Below are positions 43,580 to 56,497 of a stretch of 64,000 nucleotides of DNA, piece after piece. Numbering within the stretch: the stretch's first letter is position 1; each line of letters begins with the position of its first letter. Under the pieces are notes generated by a model, which was not told the origin of the DNA, made no database searches, and worked only from the letters and a program-made list of their open reading frames with translations. The DNA comes from the human T2T-CHM13v2.0 reference genome, Homo sapiens: assembly GCF_009914755.1 (NCBI RefSeq), contig NC_060930.1; one strand, given 5' to 3'. Made by a program: the position numbers and the translations under genes.

Positions 43580-45766
43580 GAAGTAAGGCTTCTTCTTAAT
43601 TGGCTTCCATCTACTTGGCAGTTATTAAAGATTTCTCACCGACACTAAGTATAGGTCACCTGCCAGCTGTCATCTGGGCCGGTGCCCTCACACTTGTCAC
43701 AGAGGGGGGGCTGGGCTTGTGAGAGTCCCTTGCATGCCTTTCTGGGACCCCCACGGAGGGATGTGAGGCCATATTCATTCAATACTCGCCTCTTTCCTGC
43801 TCTGTTTTCCACCTTCCATGCAGGCTATGATGCCTTTGGCTAACCAGGGACAGGTGGAGGAGCCGTTCTTCCAGGTGCTCAGCTGACACCCGGGAGACCA
43901 TCGGGCTTCCGAGGCAGGAAATGGCCTCCCCTGAGGCAGAAGCGGTGGCTGGGGCGATTTCCACTCACGAGTCCCACGGCGTCTGAGGTGCCAGGAGGCC
44001 CTGGTGTTCTCCAGCAGAAACACTGGGTCGTGGGTGAGTTATCACAGAAAGCATAGTGAGACGTATGGATATAGTTTTTTAATTTCATTTTATTTCCGAA
44101 GAGAGGAAAACAAAGCTATCAATTAAGGGGTTCATAAACAAGTCTCCAGAAAGGAATCTGACCAAGAGTTTCCCAAATTGTTACTTTAGGTTTTCATCTT
44201 CTTCTGTATCTTTTTCTAGAAATTGAGAAATATCTGTTAAGCCTGGTGACATGTTTAAACCCCAGAACAAGTGCAGCTTCCTTTCATTCAGGAGCTAACT
44301 TGTTTATCAAACTGACATGTAACATGAGCAAAAGCCACTATCTGGGGCTAAGAGGCGTCATTCCCCTTGGGTCCTGAAACTGCTCTGGACATGGGCTAAG
44401 TGATCCAGAATTTATGGGCTTGAGTGCTGGGGTTCACTGTGGTAAAGATGCCTGAGGACTGGTAGAGGACTTCAGTCTCTTCTTGCACCTTTCTTTGTTA
44501 AGCAAGAACCATTGGTATCAGTGCCAAAGCTGAACAAATGTCCAATCAATTTCCTGAATTAAAAATGAACTCAGAGAGCATGGCTGCCTCTGGAAGGAAG
44601 GGGTCTGGGAGGGCACAGCTCAGGCTAACCTCATGTCCCCAAATGCTTGCCTGGTTCTCTTTCTACCAAGACGTAAAAATAAAACTCTTCTGTAATTTTT
44701 CCACATTTTTTCGCTATAAAATAGTGGCTATCTACATGCCTACTTTATGTAGTTTTCTAGAAGTGCTTCATATCTACAAATTTTTTAGGATTTTGACACA
44801 AACTAAAAATCTCAACAATACCATTATTTTAAAAATAAGCCATTTCTTTGTTTTTTCTTCTTTACCTAGAAAGCGATCTCAGATATGCATTCTTAAGCAA
44901 TTTCTAAATCCATCTATATGGTACTATGAAGTACTGTCAAACTGAGGATATTTATTAAAATCATAAATACATAAGTTTGTGAAAGCTAAAAATTTCAGTC
45001 ACCAAGCACTTTTTCTCACAAATTTTTCTAAGCAAAACATCTGTAGCTGAAATAACCAGAATCACATGTATTTCCAAATTTTGTAAACATCTCCAATTTC
45101 CTGGATTTCTTCTCCTCTAATATTTGAGAACCAACTCTTCATGAGAACACAAGAAAATGCTGAATGTGGCAGGCATACAAATGGTCTCAGCTTACAGAAT
45201 TTAACCTGGGTATTATATATTTCAGTACCATATGGAAATAAGTAGCTTAACAAATATTACACATTCTACAATTTCAGCATTTGCACATGTGAAGGGATCG
45301 GAATTAACTATTGAAGCTCTTGGGAAACTCTTGGCTGTTGAGTAATTTATTGCACGGAAAGCATCCACACAGCCAAGAACAATTTACTGAACCAGAAACC
45401 CAGAGGCTGTTTATAAAACTTTCTTATAAATCCCAATGATAATAGACACATTTTAAAGGCTTTTTTGGTCATTTGGCTCACAGTTTCAGTGGTGTGCAAA
45501 GCAAATAACATACCACCACAGTTGCATTTTTGGTTAGGCAGAAGACCCGACTTTTTCTGTGTCAACATAGATATGGACGTAGTATGGAATTTCCCTGGGA
45601 TAGTCTAGGTGGAGCTGCTACAAGATGTGGCAGAGTGATAGACAAGAAGCCAACAGCTGCCATTAGTAGTGGAAAAAGAACACTCACACTTCTTAGTTAT
45701 GCGAGAAATAGATCATGTATAAACTACATTCACCAAAAACTATGATCACTCAGTCGGTCATCCTAC

Positions 45767-47079
45767 TGTTTTGGGATGCTTGGGGTGTTGCTTTTTTCAC
45801 CGGAAACCTCTGTGGCTGGTGGCACCTTTGCCTGAGTTTTGCTGAGGCCCACTGGGCTCATCCCACCCACTCGGCCTGGCAGGCTGTGCTCAGCTCACAC
45901 TACCAGCCTGGGTCCCACACCTGCCAAGGGCAAGCCAGGCATGGAGCAGTGAGGGGTGTGTGAGCAAGAAAGCATGGGGTCTGTCCACGGCGCACAGTCA
46001 GGCACTCTGTCTGCTGCAGCAGAGTGGGCAGCTCCAGGTGCTGGCATAGGTGCCAGCTCTTTGCAAGGCTGCAGCTGGACTAGGTGCACCACAAGCAGCT
46101 TCCACAGGTGCCACTAGGGAATGCAGTGGTGCCCAGAAGCCTGGAGACTCCAGGAACAACAGGGCCCCAAAGAGGGAGTCACAGCCCTGGTTTAAGGAGC
46201 TCCCAAGTCTGGGGTCCCTGAAGGGCCACAGCTCTTCTCTCTTTTTCTTCACCCACAACATGGCGAGCAAGGGGTGTGTTTCAGCCCTGTTTGTGTTATA
46301 GCTCTTTCAGCCCTGCCATTCAGCTGGTCCCAAGTTCTTGCCCTGCATCCAGGAAGAACTACGTATGCAGACAAGTGGAAGGTGAGCAAGGTGAAGAAGA
46401 GCTTTATTGAGTGACAGAATAGCTCAGAGGAAACCCTGGAGAGGGTAGCTCCTCTCTGCAGCTGGTCATTCCCATGTCTGCTCAGTTGTGGCCTGAGCCC
46501 AGAGCTTTTATGGACCTCAGAGGGGTGGAAGTGCTTGCTGATTGGTCCATGGATAGCCATGGGCAGTGCGGAAAAAGCAGTGCAAGTTCACACTCCAGTC
46601 TGCAGGACCAGCAGCCCAGCCCCCAGTCTTCAGTCTCTCCCTGGCCTGAAGGTGGCGCTTCACCAGGGACCTGCCCCTTTCTACCCAAGAACTTGTCTGC
46701 CTCTTGCTGCCTTTCATGGCACCCAGGCTGTAGGTGCCAAGGGGTGCCTCTAGGCCAGTGCCAAGCTGCCCTCCGCATACCCTCAGCTTCTCTCCTATGC
46801 TCATTGGCACCCTAAATGCCAAGGGGGCTGAGGAGGCATGGAGCTGGCTCTGTGGAGCCAGAGGCCCGAGTCTGCAGCCAGGATTTGGGTGGCTGCCGCT
46901 GCACCCAGGGAGCTCCTGCCCCACCAACTTGGAGGGGGTGGGGCTCCCACTTGTCTGTGGCTCCTGCCAGCTCTACAGAGTGTGCAGCCCTGGCCATGCC
47001 TCTCTGCTGCCGCCAGTGTGATGGCAGCAGCTGCTCGAGACCAGCTACCGCTGCTCGAGACAGGCCGCCACTGCCATCA
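45767..47079 (-). mobile_element. MER52-like ERV1 solo LTR (about 1.3 kb, GC-rich)
   Basis: TG...CA termini, tgatggcag.. start on the minus strand; perfect 4-bp TSD CTAC at 45763-45766 and 47080-47083. Confidence 0.9.
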
Positions 47080-48189
47080 CTACAATATTTGTTATGCAAT
47101 AATTATGAGTCAAGCATTTAGGCTGAGAGGTGAGGAATGAAAACAGGGAGCACAGGAGAAGAAGTACCTGTCTCTTTCTTAGAGTTACAAAAACTTCACA
47201 AAGGTTATCCACCATCTTTGAACTGTTATTTGAAAAGCAATTAACCATTTCTAGGTAGCCAAGCAAGAGGAGAACATCTCTGGCACAAAAGTGACTTTTA
47301 AAGCATACCCTAGGACAGTTGAAGACATTAAGCAGTTAATAGGCAATGAACATGTATAATAAAGCATTTACCATGTCTAAGAAATTATACAAGAAGTTAT
47401 AAGAACAAAAGGACAAAGAAAAGATACACATATCATTGGAAATGACTAATAGGAATGTAAGGACATCAGACAATAGGAGAGAAAACGTAAGATAAAAGTT
47501 AGAGTGCAGCCGGTACTCAAGATATATATCATATATTTCTGAACACTTGGAAACTGGGCACTGTACTTGCAACCAGCCGAAGAAAAGAGGAAAAACAATC
47601 TATTACCCAATTGGCAATGCAAAAAAAAAAAAAAGTTTTTTTTTTAAAAAACACTAGTTGTTCCAGAGAAGCACAGATTAATTTAACTAAGCCCTGACAT
47701 ATATTTCTCCAGAACATAGAGATGATTCCCTGTCGCATAGTAAACAAGGTACATAACAACATTAGCACTGTAAGAAAAGCTTGTATGGAAAATGGTGCCC
47801 TTTACTGTCAATTTCAGGTACAATAACCAAAACACATTTTAGTAAATTAAATTCTATTTGGGGTCAAATTAATTCAACCCAAGGCATTTCTCTTTCCCAG
47901 GAAGGAGTTCAGAGGCAGTATCCAAAGACAGATTCAAAGTTTTCCTCAGAAAGTAATTCTGGATTGATTACAACACAGAGAGCGGCCAAGGTGATTTTAG
48001 CTTAGTAAACTAGACAAACTCACAAAGCCCATTTTGGGTTCCAAGACCAGCTAAAATGGAGATTTGGTACAAGGTTGCTTGCACTGGGCCTTCCTACCAG
48101 ACCAACAAATGAGCAGTGCAGAGAATTCATGACCAGCCAAGAAAACAACAGTGTGGATGAGTGCATTCCTAAACCCTCTTTAGTTGCTC

Positions 48190-48485
48190 ACTAAGAAGCA
48201 ACTGAAGTCTGACACCATGTAAAGAGGAGTGTCTAGGCTGCTGGAGAGACCACGTGGAGAAAAAATATTTGGCCAGCTGTCAGCAATGACAGCCATTCCA
48301 ACAGAAGCACCAAATATGTGAGTGAAGTCATCTTGCAGCCACATGAGTAACACCAAGTGAAGTGAACAGAACTGTCCAGCTGAGCCCCATCCATACCACA
48401 GAACAGTAGGTGACCAATGGTTATTGCTTTCAGCACTGAGTTACGGGCTAGTTTGCCAAATAGCATTACGTTACTACAATAGCTG
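48190..48485 (+). mobile_element. MLT1F/G/H-like LTR fragment
   Basis: atgtgagtgaagtcatcttg...cagaactgtccagctgagccc...ttattgctttcagcactgagtt. Confidence 0.7.
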
Positions 48486-49006
48486 CACACTTGGGAAACA
48501 TTTAAAACCCATGCATTCAAACACCTTCTAAGACTCCCCCTCCCCCAAAGTCCATACAAAGCAATAAAACATCTCACATGGAGCACCATTCTTCCTGACT
48601 GACTAAATAAATCAAAGGATTATATAGGCTATTACCTCTCAATTGGTTAAACGCTAAAGAACATCATGGCTATTTATGGCTAACAGGATCAAAAAGTGCT
48701 TCCAACAACTGTACAAAACATCCCGAACAAAAGACATACATCCACCTAAAATGAGAGTCTCGCTTTTGAAAAAATTGCTCTTAATTCCTTCTCCTGGGTT
48801 TTGTGTAGAGCCCCTAAATAAATCAAAATCTAGAAGTGTGGGCGGAAGACAGTATGGGAAGAGAAGTTCCGTCTAGGTATAAAAAGCACCATGAACAAGG
48901 CCTGGAGGTACCTGGAAGTGTCCATGCTCCAGGACAATGTAGCCTTGTGGAGGACAGGGTAGCAGTGCTGGAGGCATGGTTGGAGCTGTGGCAGAGAACA
49001 ACACCT

Positions 49007-49451
49007 CTGTAGCTGTTTCTAGAGCCACTGTAACAAAGTACCACAACCTGAATAGAGGCCGGAAGTTCAAAATCAAGGTGTCCGCAGGGTCATGCTCTCT
49101 CTGAAGGCTCCAGGGGAGGATACTTCCTGCCTCTTCCAGCTTCTGGTGTTGCTGGAAATCCTTGGTGATTCTTGGTGTGTGACTGCATCTCTCCAACCTC
49201 TGCCCCCACTGCCAAATGTGCTCTCCCGGTATGTTTCTGTGTCTTTGCCTGGGGTGCCCCTCTGTGTGTCTGTGTCTCATCTCCCTCTTCTTACAAGGAC
49301 ACCAGTCACTGGATCAGGACCCACCTTAATCCAGTATGACCTCACCATATCTTGACCGATTATACCTCAAAAACCCTATTTCAAATAAGGTCTCATTCTA
49401 AGGGTCATGGTGAACATGAATTTTTGAGGGATACTTTTGAAACCAGTACAA
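49007..49451 (-). mobile_element. MLT1C-like LTR
   Basis: gtttctagagccactgtaacaaagtaccaca...cttccagcttctggtgttgctgg...ccctatttcaaataaggtc. Confidence 0.88.
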
Positions 49452-51221
49452 CCTTCAATTGCAAGTGCAGGTGCTTGGACTTTTTCAGCATACAACCACC
49501 CCATTGGAGCCTGAGAGTTCAGTGAATTGCTTCAATGGAGAGGATGATGTCTGGACCTTATATGAATCGAGGGATGACCCTGACCCTCCTTTCATGATCA
49601 GAGACATTTAAAGTTTGCTGTTCGACTCTCTTGTGTGTAATGTGTGTAATTTTCTCCCTAACTAGAATGTTCCTGAGGGGCTGTGACCTACATTTTTTTT
49701 TGTCAATGTATTATACAGTAAGTATTTTTTGACATGAAACATTTTGAGAGGAGTGAAAGGAAACCAGGAATAGAACAACATGTATTGAGTCCCCACTGTC
49801 GAGCATGATTCATACATTATCTCATTAGGCATCATTAGGCTCCTCTCAAAGAGGAGAAAATGGATGAATACAGAAGCTTTGAGGCTGCCCTAGGCCATGC
49901 ACAAATACACGGTTTGAATGTTTAACGCACCTTTAGGGGACCCAGCATGTGCACCATAACCGCATTTAACAAATCAGACTCCAAAGCGTTGTGGGAGGGA
50001 TCAGTGTGGCCACAGGCTACGAATTTGATCTCTTTTAGAGTATTTCAAGAAAAGCTATTAGATGCTGGATTTCCTTTCCTTTCAAATTATTTTTGGTTAC
50101 TAGATTGTACTTCTATAAATGCAAGTGGCCCACATGGGCACCAGAATTAAAAAGTTATGAACATAAAATATAGACACATTAAAATTCTGTAAGAAAAGAC
50201 TATTTGGTAGAAATTTGTATCTTTTTTCCTTCCTCATATTTTTCTGAATTTTTAAATGAACACTTTTACTTCTATAACAGAAAAAATAAACATCAAAAAT
50301 AAAAATTAGGAAGAAGAATTTTGACCTTGGCATTTTAGGCCAGGACTTGAATACTGACTTCACATTGACTGGCTAAGTGACTTGTATGACATCACTATCA
50401 TCTTGGCCCATATCTATAAAAACAGATGAAAATATCATCTAATTGTCAAGACTGTGGAGACTCAAATTAGGTCTTGAAGTTTCAAGTGCCTCACATGGAG
50501 TAAAACACATCACATGTGGCACGCATGCGTGGAGCTACCACATCCTTTCTCTCCCTGAGCAGCGAGTCAGCTGCCAGTAGAAGTGACCACGGCTCAGTAG
50601 TGTCCAAGATGCTTCTTGCACACCCCAGTGCAACACTGTCCACAGCCAATGCCTCATTTGCAAATCAGTCTCCCACTAGAGTATTAGTCGTTATAAGCAG
50701 ACTGCATATTCATCCTATGCCAACATCCCCCAGAACAGCTCCCAGCATGTGGTAGGAGTCAATATATTTTGAATTCATAAACAAATTAATATTACTCAAC
50801 CATATGGTCTTATCAATTTTAAGAAACATGAATATTTTAGAAGGACAGACCTTTTCTTTAATACTATTTTACAGTTTGGAATCCTGACAATGCATTTAAA
50901 ATGCAGCCCTCTAAATTTGGGGAGGAAAGTGTCACACGACTAATATCTCTGACCTAAAAGGATCAAGACATTTAAATAGCAAAACAAGAGGAAAATATAG
51001 AAAAAAAATCTGAAGACATGAAAGGAAGAAAAATTAACTTTTGGCTAGCTCTTCTACCTGGAGATAGTCTGGAGTCCTGAAACACACATACTACGTGAAC
51101 TCCACGCTTCAATTATCTTGGAAGACATCAAAAGTTTCCTTCATGCCACATTGTCATAAGTGGAGTTTGCAGTGTGGATTGTTAGTTTTTAAACAGCCCA
51201 ATAAGTCAATGCCCATACTGC

Positions 51222-51289
51222 GCTGAAACTTATACACTTGTTTAGAGTAATGGATTGCTGAAACTTACACACTTGTTTAGAGTAATGGA
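51222..51289 (+). repeat. 33-bp near-perfect tandem duplication
   Basis: gctgaaactta(t/c)acacttgtttagagtaatgga occurs twice, period 35. Confidence 0.95.
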
Positions 51290-51527
51290 CAGTGCAGATT
51301 TTAAGGCACCAACTAAAAACGAAGCCATGGCAAATATACCAAACAAGCTCCTTAGGCTTAGAATTCTTCACCAAGTAGTTACATTACCCACTTGAATTAT
51401 ATTTTTAAATTCTGTATAAGTTAATCTCTAAAATAGTAAAGATTAATATAAGGATTTCAAATTTTCAGAGCGCTACCATGGCAAAGAGTCCTGCTGCTTG
51501 TATCCTTACAAAAGTGCATGAATTTCC

Positions 51528-51841
<314 letters not shown>

Positions 51842-51855
51842 AAAAGCACATGAGT

Positions 51856-54140
<2,285 letters not shown>

Positions 54141-54252
54141 CAAAGTTTAAAAAGTTCATGAGTTGCTGTTTCCTATGCATGTATAATACACATGTACATA
54201 TAAACATATGACATAGATATACATGTGCATATATGTACACAATGTGCACATA

Positions 54253-54576
54253 CAGTCAGCCCTCTGTATTCAAAGTTTCCACATCCATGAATTTGACAAA
54301 CTGCAGATCAAAAAAATTAATCAATCAATAATAACAATGCAACAATAAGAAATAATACAAATGTAAAAAACAATAAACATAAAAACTATTTACATAGCAC
54401 TCACATTGTGTTAGCTATTACAAGCAATCTAGAGATTATTTAAAATATACAAGAGGATGTACATAGATTACATGCAAATCCTACAGGACTTTATATCAGG
54501 ACGGTGAGCACCTGTGGATTTTGGTAACCGCAAGGAGTCCTGAAGCCAATCCCCTGCAGATCCTGAGGGATGACTG
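54253..54576. mobile_element. MER2 (TcMar-Tigger MITE)
   Basis: TIRs cagtcagccctc / gagggatgactg with TA TSDs. Confidence 0.9.
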
Positions 54577-56349
54577 TACATATTCAACATACACATGTGT
54601 TTGCATGTACATATACGTATCCAGTGTAATTGTACGTATGCTATGTAAGTATACATATGCAGATACAGACACATTTATTCTCAGACTTCCAAAGTCAATA
54701 AATAGAGTTTTGTTTTCAGTCGTGCCACACTCTCTGTATTGAAAGGGGGAATTAGATTTAATACTGCTTGGTAGCAATGGAGTAACATACCCATCTGATT
54801 TTTTTAAGATGGCGTTTTTACCTGTATCAAGCATTTTTTTTAAAAAAATCTAACTGCTATTAAACATGCAATATATTCTGCCCTTACATTTTTCAGCCAT
54901 ACCTCATATTCATAAATGGGCAGATTCTATGGCTGACAGGAAAGTGACAGATCATTCAAAACATACACTTTAAAAATAACAAGTGATTCTACAGACCTGC
55001 TGCTTATGAATTAGACAGGCAAGCCACTTATCCTACATAAATTTGTTTATGCATCTGTAAATTTAGAATAGCAAGTGCTGACTTCCAGAATAAGGGTTAG
55101 AAACAATAATGAATATGCGAGCAATTTCTAAATTTTAAGGTTATTTAGAAACACAAGCATTTTATTATAAATGCTAGTCCTGGAAAATTGATGTCATGTT
55201 TGTTATGGGACTTCTATTACCTCAAAGTCCTTTCCATGTCCTATCCTAAATCGAAGAGCCTCCAGTGACATGTCTTCCCGAACCTTCTATTTTTCTTTTT
55301 CTTTCTCGTCTGCATCTGTTTCTAACAGATGATGTAACACTTACATCTCTTTAAGAATTCTGCTGGGCTGCTTAGCAGGCTCCTCTGACCAATTTTATTG
55401 ACTGTTGAGACAGATTTGAAAAAATCTGAGTTTTAGAATCAATATTTTAAAACGCAGTACCTTTCCAAAACTCTGTAAGCTGGCCCACAGCTATTATGGT
55501 TGATAAAGTGCTGACTCACACCTTTTTTTGTGGAAGAAAGAAGGCCGTATGTTTTAAGAGACACAGCCATTAGATTTTTTCATAAATGCAGGTGGAATCT
55601 CCACTTTGAAAAGTAAATACCTCCAGCATCCCCCCAAACCAATCATTTCATATAACTGGCCATTTTTACAAGACTCCAAATACACATTCAGGGACAATTT
55701 AGAGGTGGAAACCTGTGATTGTTCAAACCATTTGATCGCTTTTTCTTTTAAGGAGAATTAAGGCAGAGAAATCTGCTCTGTCCCAAGCTCAGGTGGGATA
55801 CCACGCTCAGAGTGGGCTCTTTAGGAGGACTCCATGCCTGCAACAGCTGCCAACAGGGAGCACGCAAAACAGGTCATCCAACAGCCACATTTCAGGGAAT
55901 CAGGGGCTCGCTGGCGGTTTCCAGACTGTTCTGTACTCTCACAAAAAGAAACACAAACCAACTTACTGTGGATTCGAGCCAGTCGAAGATATGCTTCCAA
56001 GAGCCAGAGAAAGGCAATGAGGTGATGGCGGGACTTCCAGCAGTGCCACAGCTGGGCGTGTGCTCACTTACCAGCTTACATACTGCCTGGGTATTGTTTA
56101 TGGCCATTGCTTTTCTATGTGAACGTATGATGAGGGTTGATGTAAATCTATGTCAACCATATAATCCAATAAAGCAGGAGCTGTGTTTTATTAAAAAATA
56201 ATAAAATTAAAGTACTTTAGGGATAAGCTCATGGTCTTGGGAGAAAATATATTTTCTCAGTGCCTCAATTTCTCAGTCCATGAAATGGGTGACCAGATAC
56301 CATGATGTTATAAGGTGTTGTAAGACAGAAAAAAAAATAAAAATTCAAA

Positions 56350-56497
56350 TTTAACTGGCATTCAAATCACCTGAGTCTCTTGTTGAAAAGTAGGTTCTGA
56401 TTCAGCAGGTCTGGGGGGAGATCAGATATTCTGCCCCTCTAACCAGCTCCCTGGTGATGCTGAGGCTGTATTCTGGGGACCACACGGTGAGTAGCAG
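56350..56497. mobile_element. MER5A-like hAT element (with MIR fragment about 56255-56325)
   Basis: ttctgattcagcaggtctgggg...ctccctggtgatgctgaggctg...gggaccacac. Confidence 0.75.

Larger units (their letters stand above)
44489..50112 (-). pseudogene. Candidate unitary pseudogene of a STRA6/STRA6L-family membrane receptor
   Basis: Collinear minus-strand relic segments: 48813-48636 (RWMYVFCSG..LF, AG/GT-bounded), 47767-47372 (hydrophobic), 45617-45062 (FYKQPLGF...I.Q...NV*YLL...EEIQEIGDVYKIW), 44902-44866 (NCLRMHI*DRFLG), 44743-44714 (VGM*IATIL*). Compared by eye with recalled STRA6/STRA6L sequences. Confidence 0.65.

Noticed and set aside
44040-44180. LGQIPFWRLVYEPLN...HTSHYAFC as the STRA6-family C-terminal motif
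   Set aside because: Leaves too little room for the intervening helices and conflicts with the 41309/40391 candidates. Probably chance, but unresolved without an HMM.
45895-47140. Cluster of overlapping ORFs up to 136 aa
   Set aside because: They arise from the GC-rich, stop-poor MER52 LTR.
47740-47840. Alternative frames VIVPEID...SFSYSANVVMYL (and GNPA/RSNS* near 50000-50070) as the NRW-motif region
   Set aside because: They need frameshifts and overlap a strong acceptor. The 48813-48636 exon explains the motif better. Recorded to show the chance-match risk.
50954-51009. 56-nt AG/GT-bounded minus-strand cassette (IFFLYFPLVLL...)
   Set aside because: Hydrophobicity follows from T-richness; frame and role cannot be assigned.
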